NCBI GenBank assembly: GCA_036170475.1
Contig: JAVHPE010000177.1
Span: forward strand, 119,527-183,526
From: Bacteroidia bacterium
Lineage (GTDB): Bacteria; Bacteroidota; Bacteroidia; 2-12-FULL-35-15
Length of the DNA: 64,000 nt
Direction of reading: 5' to 3'
Under the pieces are notes generated by a model that saw only the letters and a program-made list of their open reading frames with translations, did not search any database and was not told the origin of the DNA. Each line of letters begins with the position of its first letter. Within the stretch, counting starts at the first letter, position 1. A program made the position numbers and the translations under genes. Shown piece by piece: positions 9,655 through 19,243 of the stretch.

Positions 9655-10776
9655 TTACTTTTGAGTATTTGAATAAAAAAATTTAATTGTTGTATTCACA
9701 TTAGGACGAGTATACGTTATTCCTGAATTGAGATCAAGCAGAACTTTATCAAGTCGCCTGAAAAATTTATTTACATTGGTTAAAGGCACTGTTTTAGGAT
9801 TCTTTTTCAGATCGGATAGTGAATAATTGAGAAAGTTTTCCCAGTGGCAAGTAATAATATGTTTTGGTTTTAAATAGCTGACAATATCCTTGGGATAGTT
9901 TTTTACATTGTTGAAAGAGGCAACGCATATCATTGCAACATCAACAGGATGTTGATCTAAAATAGATTGAGCCGGAAAACCATAAGGGAAACTGCATGCC
10001 GAAGAGTTGACATAAGATCTGAAATTAATACTTCCATCATCATTCAAAAAATCAATTAAATAGCAAAGTGTTTGTCCTGAAGAATATTGTCTCCAGTATT
10101 TATGTTTAATAATTTTTTTTTCGTTTTTTTGAGATGCTAAATTAATATTGATACCTGCTATCCTTAAATGTGGCGCATGTTCATCTATGACAGGTAATAC
10201 TCTTATTTTATTATTAATGTATATCCATTTTCCTTCAATAGATTGAAAGGAAGCCGATGATTCTACCTGTCGGATAATATTTTTCTCCGGAATTTTTTCT
10301 CCGGCTAAATAGTTTTGTGTGGTAGTGTTACTAATAATTTTTACAGTATCCATATTAAAATGCCCGCTTTGAAAAAGATAAGGCACATCACCATAATGGT
10401 CAATATGACCGTGGGTAATTAAAAGAGTTTTAATTAATCCGGAATGATCAATAGAATCGCCAAGAACATGTGAAAAAACAGAATCAATTAAATTTTTGAC
10501 TTCAACCGAAATAGTTGACTTATTTGTTAATTTCCCGAAAAAATAAGTATGTGCTTTTTTATTAGAGAAATAAGGGTCAATCAACACTATATTATTTCCC
10601 TTCCGGATGAAAAAACCACTACAGCCAATGTAATGAATAGAAATACTATCATTCACTTCTTTCGAAAGATTAAAAAGTGTGTCTTGGTTTAAGATTGATT
10701 GGGATTTCAGTGCGTTTGTATGTGCCCCATATAATAAGAAAAAAATGATAATGGAGATGTATAAATAAGGTTTCAT
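9655..10776 (-). CDS. Secreted metallo-beta-lactamase-fold hydrolase
   Basis: Signal peptide, LIDPYFS, THGHIDHYGD (HxHxDH), HAPH and CHWENF motifs. Confidence 0.8.
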   Translation of the reverse strand: MKPYLYISIIIFFLLYGAHTNALKSQSILNQDTLFNLSKEVNDSISIHYIGCSGFFIRKGNNIVLIDPYFSNKKAHTYFFGKLTNKSTISVEVKNLIDSVFSHVLGDSIDHSGLIKTLLITHGHIDHYGDVPYLFQSGHFNMDTVKIISNTTTQNYLAGEKIPEKNIIRQVESSASFQSIEGKWIYINNKIRVLPVIDEHAPHLRIAGININLASQKNEKKIIKHKYWRQYSSGQTLCYLIDFLNDDGSINFRSYVNSSACSFPYGFPAQSILDQHPVDVAMICVASFNNVKNYPKDIVSYLKPKHIITCHWENFLNYSLSDLKKNPKTVPLTNVNKFFRRLDKVLLDLNSGITYTRPNVNTTIKFFYSNTQK

Positions 10777-10818
10777 TTTAAAATTTTTCAACCATACAAT
10801 TTTAAAAAACTAATTTGT

Positions 10819-10966
10819 TATACCAAACGCACATAGCTTTACGCACATTATCTACGAAATACGAATTAATACGAATTTACGAAACCCTTATCAATTCGTA
10901 TATTGGTACCGATTCATATTTCGCAGATATTAACAAATTTTTCGAGAACCTATTTGTTTTGGTATA
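10819..10966. mobile_element. MITE-like element family A, copy 3
   Basis: TA|TACCAAAC...GTTTTGGTA|TA, collinear with the copies at 3282 and 3447. Lies 6 bp from the rfaE2 stop. Confidence 0.85.
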
Positions 10967-10972
10967 ATAGCA

Positions 10973-11539
10973 TTAGGGCATTTTCAAATCAGTACATTTT
11001 AAAATTGATTTTATTTTGTTTTCAATTGCTGTGGTAGAAAATCCTTCGAGAAATTCTATTGTTTTTACTATGCCTCCATAATTTCTAACTCTATCAGAAC
11101 CCACAATATATTTTTTACTTTGTGGATCAGTCTCATTTGCATCATAGTCAGCCCCTTTAACTAAAACATCAGGTTGTAAAAATTGGATTAAATCTTGTGG
11201 AGTTTCTTTGTCAAATAAAACCACAGCATTTACAAAATGCAATGAAGCTAATATCATTGCGCGCGATTGCTCATCCTGCAATGGTCGTGAATTTCCTTTG
11301 TTCAGCAATCGTACAGATACATCGCTATTTAATCCAATAACTAATTTTTCACCTAAATCCGATGCTTTTGCAAGATAATCAATATGTCCACGATGAAGAA
11401 TATCAAAACAGCCATTCGTAAAAACAATCTTGTCTCCACCAAAACGCCATACTGAAGCAACCTTTAATAATGTTTCAGGTGTATATATTTTTGATTGTAC
11501 AATTTCTAATGCTGGCAATTTGCGCTGATAGGGAATCAT
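10973..11539 (-). CDS. rfaE2: D-glycero-beta-D-manno-heptose 1-phosphate adenylyltransferase (HldE domain II-like)
   Basis: VFTNGCFDILHRGH, GLNSDVSVR..KG..RP, PDVLVKGADY, GFSTT. Start uncertain (ATG 11539 vs TTG 11563). Confidence 0.88.
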   Translation of the reverse strand: MIPYQRKLPALEIVQSKIYTPETLLKVASVWRFGGDKIVFTNGCFDILHRGHIDYLAKASDLGEKLVIGLNSDVSVRLLNKGNSRPLQDEQSRAMILASLHFVNAVVLFDKETPQDLIQFLQPDVLVKGADYDANETDPQSKKYIVGSDRVRNYGGIVKTIEFLEGFSTTAIENKIKSILKCTDLKMP

Positions 11540-11647
11540 ATTTGATAATTTTTTTTGAATCAACGAATCATTACAAATTTAAAGTACGGTGTTATAAGAT
11601 GGCAAATCAGCATATCAGCATATCGACACATCGACACATCAATACAT

Positions 11648-12655
11648 TCATTTCATTTCTTTATTCAAAATAGGAAGTAATATTAATGAAATAGCCCCCA
11701 GTAAAAGTATGAGTATGAATTGTGATGTCCAGATAAGCCAGGAAAAAGCAAAAGCAAAAGTGAATGAAATTTTATATACAGATGTTAATGTTTCAGTAAC
11801 CAGCGCCTGGTAGGCACCTGTTCCTCCGGGAACAAAAATAATACCCAGACTGCCAAACAGCATTATTGCCAAAGCAGCACCAATTCCTAATTGTGATGTT
11901 TCTTTAAAACAGAAAAATCCTACATACAATAATGCTGTATATAGAAACCATATAAGGGCAGTATGCAAAACAAACAGGTAGGGACGTTTGATATTTTTTA
12001 CAGATTTTAATCCTTCCCAGAAACCAAGCACTATGTCTTTCATTTTTTTAATAAACACTCCCTTGCTTTTTTTACGGAGGATGAAAATCAAAACGATGAT
12101 TGCTAGTATAACTACTGCAAAACCCAATACAAATAAATTGTTATGCTTTAGTGCAGATAATTTAGATGAAAGAGGACTAACAATTTTTTCATTTGTCATG
12201 CCCCACAACCGTTCAAACTGAAAAAAAAGTGTTGCAAAAAAAACAAGAATTAAACAGAGCAAATCAATAGCGCGTTCAGCTATTACTGTTCCAAAAGCTT
12301 CAGTAAAAGGTATTTTTTCATACTTTGTAAGTATTCCGCAACGTGATACTTCACCTAAACGAGGCAATGCAAAATTGGCTAAATAACCTACCATTACTGC
12401 AAAAAAAGTGTTGGATAATTTAGGGTTAAAGCCAAGGGGCTGAATTAATATTTTCCAGCGCATGGCACGAACCAAATGACTTAAAAAACTTAAAAACATA
12501 GATAAAACAATCCAAAAATAATTGGCTTGAGCAAAAGCTTCTTTGATGCTCGCTTTGTCATTCTCTGTAAGATTGCGAACAGCCAGCCAGATCAATAAAA
12601 TTCCTATGCCTAAAAAAAATAGAAATTTTAAAATTGTAAAAATTTTATTTTTCAA
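11648..12655 (-). CDS. Lysylphosphatidylglycerol-synthase TM region / flippase-like (UPF0104) membrane protein
   Basis: RAMRWKIL, GYLANFALPRLGEVSR, GTVIAER..D and PGGTGAY motifs. Confidence 0.85.
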   Translation of the reverse strand: MKNKIFTILKFLFFLGIGILLIWLAVRNLTENDKASIKEAFAQANYFWIVLSMFLSFLSHLVRAMRWKILIQPLGFNPKLSNTFFAVMVGYLANFALPRLGEVSRCGILTKYEKIPFTEAFGTVIAERAIDLLCLILVFFATLFFQFERLWGMTNEKIVSPLSSKLSALKHNNLFVLGFAVVILAIIVLIFILRKKSKGVFIKKMKDIVLGFWEGLKSVKNIKRPYLFVLHTALIWFLYTALLYVGFFCFKETSQLGIGAALAIMLFGSLGIIFVPGGTGAYQALVTETLTSVYKISFTFAFAFSWLIWTSQFILILLLGAISLILLPILNKEMK

Positions 12656-12657
12656 AA

Positions 12658-13008
12658 TTAGCGTAGTTTATTGGTTTTACTATCAGGAAAAATAACAGTT
12701 GGCTTGTATTTTTTAGCCAATTCGAAATCCATTAGTGCGTAAGATACAATAATTATTTCGTGACCTGCTTTTACTTTTAATGATGCTGGCCCATTCAAAC
12801 AAATAACACCTGAATCTTTTTCACCTTTAATCACATAAGTGGTAAAACGTTCTCCATTGTTATAATTAAAAATATCCACCTTCTCGTTTTCAATAAGGTT
12901 GGCAGCATCCATTAAATTTTCATCAATGGTCACACTACCAATATAATTCAGGTCGGCCTGAGTTACAATTACGCGATGTATCTTTGATTTTAAAACTTCT
13001 ATTTGCAT
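12658..13008 (-). CDS. panD: Aspartate 1-decarboxylase
   Basis: [22 protein letters not shown] (G-S self-cleavage site), [15 protein letters not shown]. Confidence 0.96.
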   Translation of the reverse strand: MQIEVLKSKIHRVIVTQADLNYIGSVTIDENLMDAANLIENEKVDIFNYNNGERFTTYVIKGEKDSGVICLNGPASLKVKAGHEIIIVSYALMDFELAKKYKPTVIFPDSKTNKLR

Positions 13009-13096
13009 GATAGCTACAAAACTAAAGAAATAAATTTAATTGATGGTACATTTTTTGATAATGGCTTTAGGTATCATTTGCAAACAGTATTATGAT

Positions 13097-13104
13097 TATC
13101 TTTG
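13097..13104 (+). promoter_or_regulatory. Bacteroidota -7 promoter element for the leader-ORF/metal-uptake operon
   Basis: TATCTTTG matches TAnnTTTG. ATG at 13108 is 3 nt downstream. TTTG at 13077-13080 (16-bp spacer, shorter than usual). Confidence 0.6.
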
Positions 13105-13107
13105 TTT

Positions 13108-13422
13108 ATGTATAAATTGAAACCTATACTTGCTATTTTCACTTTGCTTGTTTTTCTTTTTCCGCTTATGGAAAAAGGGCTTCACGATTTTTCTCATATT
13201 AGTGATAAACATTGCATTTCGGCAGATAAACATTTTCACCCCTCAGAGCATCATTGCGAAGTATGTGATTTCACAAACGATTTTAATGGATTGCCTTCTT
13301 TTAATCAGCCCGATTTACTTTTGAGTGAACAAGGTAATTTAGATTTCTTTTCCACAAAAAATAATATACTTCTTCAGAAAAAACATTTCCATTCTCTTCG
13401 TGCTCCACCTTCCTTGGTATAG
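13108..13422 (+). CDS. His-rich, CxxC, C-terminal RAPP leader protein (DUF2946/CruR/CutF-like putative arrest peptide)
   Basis: Hydrophobic N-terminus, H-rich tract with CEVC, ends HFHSLRAPPSLV*. Lies directly upstream of a metal-uptake operon. Confidence 0.8.
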   Translation: MYKLKPILAIFTLLVFLFPLMEKGLHDFSHISDKHCISADKHFHPSEHHCEVCDFTNDFNGLPSFNQPDLLLSEQGNLDFFSTKNNILLQKKHFHSLRAPPSLV

Positions 13423-13499
13423 TTTTCTTCCGTTAAATATACGGTTGTTTACTCATTTCAATTTTGTGTAAATACTATTTACCATAAAATAATTAAGCA

Positions 13500-14645
13500 A
13501 TGTATTTAAAAAACAGTTTACTGTTTTTCATTCTGTTTATCAGCATGAAAGTTAATTCCCAAACTGAAAGCACAAAGACCGATTCGATTCTGCTTTTGCA
13601 AATTCAGAATGAAATGCAACAACAACAAACACCTCCACCACAACAACGGATTGGAGCTTCTGCTAATCCTGACATTAGCGTGATAGGCGATTTTCAAGGA
13701 TTGTACCGTAGTTATGGATCTCATAATTTTGACGCACTATTAAATGAAGCGGAACTTTCCGTTCAGTCAGTAGTTGATCCTTATGCCCGTGCTGATTTCT
13801 TTTATTCCATTGGAGAAGACCGTATTACAGGAAAATTCTCCGGAGCAATTGAAGAAGGTTATTTAACTACCACATCTTTGCCTGCTCATCTCCAATTAAA
13901 AGCAGGACGATTCAAACAAGCGATGGGTAGGGTAAATCCAACACATGCCCATGCACTTCCCTTTATTGACTTGCCTGATGCTTACGTGAATTTTTTCGGT
14001 GAAGAAGGATTAAAAGGTGATGGGGTTTCATTAGTTTGGTTGTTGCCAAACCACAGCTTTTTTCAGGAGTCGACTGTAGAAGCAACAAGTGTAGCGGAAA
14101 GTCCAAGCTTTGAACGAAGCAATAAAAATAACTATCTGTATCTCGCTCACCTGAAAAATTTCTGGGATTTAACAGCAAATGCTACAATGGAGCTTGGACT
14201 GTCTGCAATGACCGGAGAAAATCTAATGAAAAGAAAAACCAATATTGGTGCTCTTGATCTTACATACAAATGGAAGCCAATCAGATACAACACTTACAAA
14301 TCGGTTACTTTTCAAAATGAATTGTATTATAGTCAGGCTATGCTCGATAGTTCAAAAGTAAATGCACTTGGGTTTTATTCCATGTTAAATGTACAGGTAG
14401 CACAACGCTGGTTTCTTGCAGGAAGGTTCGATTATTCCAACAACCCGTATTCAGTAAAATTTGTACAGAAATCTGGCTCAATGACTCTTGGTTGGTATGC
14501 AACTGAATTTCAAAAAATAGAATTGGAAGGGAAATATACAACCATGAATCAAGGTCTTATTGAAAACAATTATGAGAAAAATTTTGTGATGGCTTATTTG
14601 CGCTGGATTTTCGTCATTGGGACGCATGGTGCACACACTTACTAA
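13500..14645 (+). CDS. Outer-membrane beta-barrel (porin-like) of a metal-uptake operon
   Basis: Signal peptide, NPDISVIGD, VDPY.RAD, EEGY, GRVNPTHAHALPF, amphipathic strands, C-terminal IGTHGAHTY. Confidence 0.75.
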   Translation: MYLKNSLLFFILFISMKVNSQTESTKTDSILLLQIQNEMQQQQTPPPQQRIGASANPDISVIGDFQGLYRSYGSHNFDALLNEAELSVQSVVDPYARADFFYSIGEDRITGKFSGAIEEGYLTTTSLPAHLQLKAGRFKQAMGRVNPTHAHALPFIDLPDAYVNFFGEEGLKGDGVSLVWLLPNHSFFQESTVEATSVAESPSFERSNKNNYLYLAHLKNFWDLTANATMELGLSAMTGENLMKRKTNIGALDLTYKWKPIRYNTYKSVTFQNELYYSQAMLDSSKVNALGFYSMLNVQVAQRWFLAGRFDYSNNPYSVKFVQKSGSMTLGWYATEFQKIELEGKYTTMNQGLIENNYEKNFVMAYLRWIFVIGTHGAHTY

Positions 14646-14718
14646 AATAATTATGAGTTATGAGTTAAAAGTTAAGAGTTTTGAATTGATAAAAAAAACC
14701 GTAAAAAATAAAAACAAA

Positions 14719-15624
14719 ATGAAAACAAAAATCATTCTTATACTAATCGCTTCCGCTGTTACGATAAATAGTTCTTTTGCATCCACAATTCATGTTGTTA
14801 CTACAACACAAGATACACGAAGCATTGCCGAATTAATCGGAGGAAACAAAATAGATGTATTCGCTATCGCGACAGGCTATCAAAACCCCCATTTTGTTGA
14901 CCCTAAACCAAGTTACATCATTAAACTTTCGAATGCTGATTTGTATGTAACACTTGGTCTGGATTTGGAAGCCGGTTGGTCGCCATCATTACTTAGCAGT
15001 TCAAAAAATAAAAAAATTCAGAAAGGCAGTGATGGATATGTAGATGCATCTGTTGGAGTAACATTAATGCAAGTGCCTTCTTCTATTAACCGCGCCGAAG
15101 GAGACATACATGCATTTGGAAACCCACATTACTGGCTCGATCCAACAAATGGAAAAACAATTGCACGCAATATTTGCAACGGACTTGAAAAAATTTCTCC
15201 GGAAAATAAAGACTTTTTTGAAGCAAATCTTAAAACATTCGATTCACAAATTGATTTAAAATTAAAAGCGTGGACCACTGAAATGGCAGGCTTTAAAGGC
15301 TCAAAAGTTATCGCCTATCATAACGAATGGTGTTATTTCGAAAACCGTTTTGGTTTAAAGATTGTAGATTTTATGGAACCCAAACCGGGCATACCACCCA
15401 CCCCTTCTCAATTAGTGAAAATCATTAAAGAAGTAAAAGAAAATAGCATAAAAGTAATTATTACTTCGCCATACTTTACTGCTTCTTCATCAGATGTTGT
15501 TTCAAAACAAACAGGAGCAAAAACCCTGATACTTGCTACTTCTGTTGGAGCATTCGATTCAATAAAAAATTATTACGATTTGTTTGATTACAATATTAAA
15601 TTATTAGTTGGCGCTTTGAAATAG
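14719..15624 (+). CDS. Zn/Mn ABC transporter substrate-binding protein (ZnuA/TroA, cluster A-I)
   Basis: QNPHF, GLDLE.GW, GNPHYWLDP, AYHNEW and EPKPGIPPTP motifs. ATG 14719 preferred over the ORF-track start 14617. Confidence 0.88.
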   Translation: MKTKIILILIASAVTINSSFASTIHVVTTTQDTRSIAELIGGNKIDVFAIATGYQNPHFVDPKPSYIIKLSNADLYVTLGLDLEAGWSPSLLSSSKNKKIQKGSDGYVDASVGVTLMQVPSSINRAEGDIHAFGNPHYWLDPTNGKTIARNICNGLEKISPENKDFFEANLKTFDSQIDLKLKAWTTEMAGFKGSKVIAYHNEWCYFENRFGLKIVDFMEPKPGIPPTPSQLVKIIKEVKENSIKVIITSPYFTASSSDVVSKQTGAKTLILATSVGAFDSIKNYYDLFDYNIKLLVGALK

Positions 15625-15722
15625 TTTCAAAATAGTATAGTTCAAATCCTCCCACGCAATTTGCATTAAGATAGGGATCAAGTAAAAATAGAATAAAATT
15701 ATAAACCTAAAACCTCATTACC

Positions 15723-16571
15723 ATGTTCGAAATGTTTCAATTAGATTTTATGATGTTAGCATTTATAGTCAGCATCATTATTGGTATAGTCCTTTCCTAC
15801 CTTGGTGTACATGTGGTAGGTAGAGGAATTGTTTTTGTTGACCTTGCACTTGGTCAGATTGCTTCACTAGGAGTTGCCTATTCCGATTATGTAGGCTATG
15901 GAAAAACAATAATTCCAATTGTATTTGCTTTAGCCGGTGCACTGTTGATGTCACTCATTAATATTCGCGATAAGCGATTAAAATTAGAAGCCATCATCGG
16001 AATAATTTATGCGGTTGCCTCTGCTGTAACAGTGATGTTTATTTCCAAGACGCCTCATGGTGATTCAGATATTCAGGAAGTATTGTTCGGAAATATTCTT
16101 TCGGTAGATTGGGCACAAATAAAAATAATTGGAATTATTTTCGGAGGAATTGCTTTGTTTCATCTCATTTTTCACAAAAAATTTTTTCTACTTACCGAAT
16201 GTTTTGAAAATGAAAATCCAAAAGTAGCAGCAACTGTTTTTAAGAAAAAAGGAGAATTTAGTTTTTGGAATTTTATGTTTTATCTATCAATTGGACTTGC
16301 TATTGTTTTTGCAGTACGTGTTAGTGGGGTAATTCCTGTGTTTTCATTTCTTATCATTCCGGCAGTAGCGGCAATTATGGTATCGAAAAACAAATTGGGT
16401 TTAATAATTACAGCTGTAATCATTAGTTTGCTCGGCGCTTTTTTCGGATTAAATGTTTCCTATCATTACGATTTCCCGGCAGGATCATCCTTAGTAGCGG
16501 TGTTGGGAGGAATTTTTCTGATGATCTCACTATTTTATCTTTTCAAAACAAGAATAAAAAAGGAGAATTAA
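15723..16571 (+). CDS. Metal ABC transporter permease (ABC-3, ZnuB/MntB-like)
   Basis: LGVHVV.RGIVFVDLALGQ, EAIIG, LFGNIL, FSFLIIPA, DFPAG. Confidence 0.88.
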   Translation: MFEMFQLDFMMLAFIVSIIIGIVLSYLGVHVVGRGIVFVDLALGQIASLGVAYSDYVGYGKTIIPIVFALAGALLMSLINIRDKRLKLEAIIGIIYAVASAVTVMFISKTPHGDSDIQEVLFGNILSVDWAQIKIIGIIFGGIALFHLIFHKKFFLLTECFENENPKVAATVFKKKGEFSFWNFMFYLSIGLAIVFAVRVSGVIPVFSFLIIPAVAAIMVSKNKLGLIITAVIISLLGAFFGLNVSYHYDFPAGSSLVAVLGGIFLMISLFYLFKTRIKKEN

Positions 16572-16929
16572 ATTGAAAAAATCAGGCATATTTTATTTCT
16601 ATCTTTTTACCTATCGTTAATCATCTCTATTAACTCCGATTCCATCATCCAACTCAGTATGGAATATGTTACGTTCTAAACAGGGCTATACTAATTACCC
16701 GGTTAAAAAACTGCAAAAGATAAATTATACACACTTACTGCTCGATTTACTCCTGAGAAGTATGATCAAAATTCGCCAATACCTTTACTATAAAGGATTG
16801 TGTCGGTTTTTGTTTTGTAAATTTTTTGGGGGATAACTTTTCTTCAAATCTGCTTTTGAGATAAGGTCATTACTTTATAGGAAAACATTTTAATATTTAC
16901 TACATTTGAACTGACCTAATTTTCATACA

Positions 16930-19080
16930 ATGAAAAAAAATCTACTTTTATTTTTGTTTATTTATCAAATAAGCAATTTGTTCTCACAGATAAATGATTG
17001 TACAACAGCTACTCAATTTTGTGCCAATACAAATAATACTTATCCTGCATCTCAAAATACGACCGAGCCTGTAGGTCCTAATTTTGGTTGTTTAGGAAGT
17101 TATCCAAACCCTGCCTGGCTTTACTTTAATGTTGTAACGAGTGGAAACCTTATCATAAATATGTCTAATTCTGCAAACCTTGATATTGATTTTATTTGCT
17201 GGGGACCTTATACATCATCTGCTGCAGGCTGCGCATCAGGGTTAACCGGTACCGCTGTTTCATGCAGCTATTCATCATCGGCAAACGAAACATGCACCGT
17301 TCCGAATGCTCAGGCAGGAGAATTTTATATTCTGTTGATTACAAATTATTCTAATCAACCAACCAATATTACCTTCTCAATAGATTCTTCGAGTACGGCT
17401 GTCACGTCCTGTGATGGAATATCTTGTACACCTGACGCATTTTGTACTACTCCATTATGTATTGATGGGACACTTCAGCTTATTGCAGATGAAAATTTTG
17501 CACTTGGCACCTATGCTTGGAGCGGGCCTAATGGTTTTTCTTCGACTCAACAAAACCCGACTATTAATAATGTTTCGACAAACGCTTCCGGCTATTATTA
17601 TGTTACTTATAACAAAGATTCCACTTGTTTAAATGAAATGGACAGTGTTTTAGTTAGTGTAGATACCTGCGGTATGCTGATAGGAAGAGTATTTGCGGAT
17701 GCAAATAATAACTGCTCTTATGATAGTTCAGAAAATTATGTTGCCAATGCCCAGATAAAACTTTCTCAAAATAATATTTTTGTGGCATGGGCATGGACGG
17801 ATGCTTTTGGTTATTACTTTTTTAACGTACCTAATGGAAGTTATACTATAGAATTAGTCTCTACTCCCGATTATACAATAACTTGTTCTAATAGTTTGGC
17901 TCATAATACGACTGTTTCATCGCCGTCTATCACAACAGAAAATTTTGCCGTAACTTGTAATACATCTGATATCGCAGCAACCGGTATTGGTTTGAATGGA
18001 CCTATTGGATTTTTTCCCGGGAATACAAAAGTGCTTTTTCCCTATGTTGGTATTTATAACCCAGCCTGCCATCAAACTATTGTTCCGGGAAAAGTTGTAG
18101 TTGTTTTAGATACGTTAACGCAATATTTCGGTCCCTATAGTTCATACCCGGCACCGGATACAGTTATCGTAACAGTTTCAGGAGATACACTGATTTGGAA
18201 TGTAGCCGATATTAGCAATATTGGGAATTTTGGTTATTTTAACTATCCCTTTGAAGTTTCTACAAACACATCCGCTACCATTGGCGATACCGTTTGTATT
18301 ACGCTCATGGTGTTTCCTATTCTGGGTGATGCTGATACCAGCAACAATATTTTTAAACGTTGTTTTATCGTCGGTAATTCATACGACCCAAATTCAAAAG
18401 AAGTATTTCCCAAAGGGAATAGTCAATTCGGATATATTCCCGCTTCAACACCAAAATTGGAATACACGATTAATTTTCAGAATATGGGCACTGTAGCTGC
18501 CCAAAACATAATTGTTTTAGACACACTTGATGCCGACTTAGATATTGCATCTTTAAAAATTATATCAAGCAGCCATCAACAAACCACTACTTTTTTAGAA
18601 GGAAATGTTCTAAAATTTAACTTTAGTAACATTATGCTGCCTGATACAGCCGAAGACGAAGCTCATAGCCATGGTTATGTAAAATATTCCATAGCACCAA
18701 TTCAGAATTTACCTCCTGGAACACAGTTAACAAACACCGCGTATATTTATTTTGATTATAACGCAGCCATTGTAACAAATACGGCGCTCAACACAATTGA
18801 GTTCCCTTCTGGTATTATGAATTATTCCGCTTATCATTTAGGAGTATTCCCTAATCCGACAAACAGCACTATTGATATTAATTTCGAAGGCAAACAAAGT
18901 GAAAATATTTACTTAAAAATTATGGATATAAAAGGGCAGATTGTTTATCAGGAAAAAGAAGGAAACTTCTCCGGTAAATATTCAAAAACGATTGATTTAA
19001 ATAATTTTTCAAAAGGAATTTACCTGCTTCAAATCATTACCGATACAGAAACAATTCAGAAAAAAGTGGTCAAGGATTAA
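16930..19080 (+). CDS. T9SS type-A substrate, Cys-rich secreted surface protein
   Basis: Signal peptide ending SQ, SprB-like N-domain (CLGSYPNPAW), NSYDPN.K...YTINFQN...NTAYIYFD domain, C-terminal VFPNP...SKGIYLL...KKVVK tail. TACATTTG at 16901. Confidence 0.88.
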   Translation: MKKNLLLFLFIYQISNLFSQINDCTTATQFCANTNNTYPASQNTTEPVGPNFGCLGSYPNPAWLYFNVVTSGNLIINMSNSANLDIDFICWGPYTSSAAGCASGLTGTAVSCSYSSSANETCTVPNAQAGEFYILLITNYSNQPTNITFSIDSSSTAVTSCDGISCTPDAFCTTPLCIDGTLQLIADENFALGTYAWSGPNGFSSTQQNPTINNVSTNASGYYYVTYNKDSTCLNEMDSVLVSVDTCGMLIGRVFADANNNCSYDSSENYVANAQIKLSQNNIFVAWAWTDAFGYYFFNVPNGSYTIELVSTPDYTITCSNSLAHNTTVSSPSITTENFAVTCNTSDIAATGIGLNGPIGFFPGNTKVLFPYVGIYNPACHQTIVPGKVVVVLDTLTQYFGPYSSYPAPDTVIVTVSGDTLIWNVADISNIGNFGYFNYPFEVSTNTSATIGDTVCITLMVFPILGDADTSNNIFKRCFIVGNSYDPNSKEVFPKGNSQFGYIPASTPKLEYTINFQNMGTVAAQNIIVLDTLDADLDIASLKIISSSHQQTTTFLEGNVLKFNFSNIMLPDTAEDEAHSHGYVKYSIAPIQNLPPGTQLTNTAYIYFDYNAAIVTNTALNTIEFPSGIMNYSAYHLGVFPNPTNSTIDINFEGKQSENIYLKIMDIKGQIVYQEKEGNFSGKYSKTIDLNNFSKGIYLLQIITDTETIQKKVVKD

Positions 19081-19243
19081 TTTACAATTTGGATCTTGAA
19101 CCCTTTTACTTCATCAAAAAGAATCTTTTAAAAAATCGCAGTTAACTCTCTGTAGAATACTTCTAAAAAAGACGATGTATATTAATTGTTTAGCAGTTTA
19201 TACACAATTTATATATTTGTGCTAAATTATTAACAGTCAAGCT

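Noticed and set aside
9655-10776. Antibiotic-resistance metallo-beta-lactamase
   Set aside because: Only the generic HxHxDH fold motif is present. Length and other motifs fit uncharacterised MBL-fold hydrolases.
14617-14718. Extended N-terminus of the ZnuA-like protein
   Set aside because: Overlaps the porin end and crosses a heptamer array (SYELKVKSFEL). The signal peptide starts at ATG 14719.
16572-16900. Possible remnant of the missing ABC ATPase or another pseudogene
   Set aside because: Only short stop-interrupted frames are present, with no Walker A/B or other recognisable motif.
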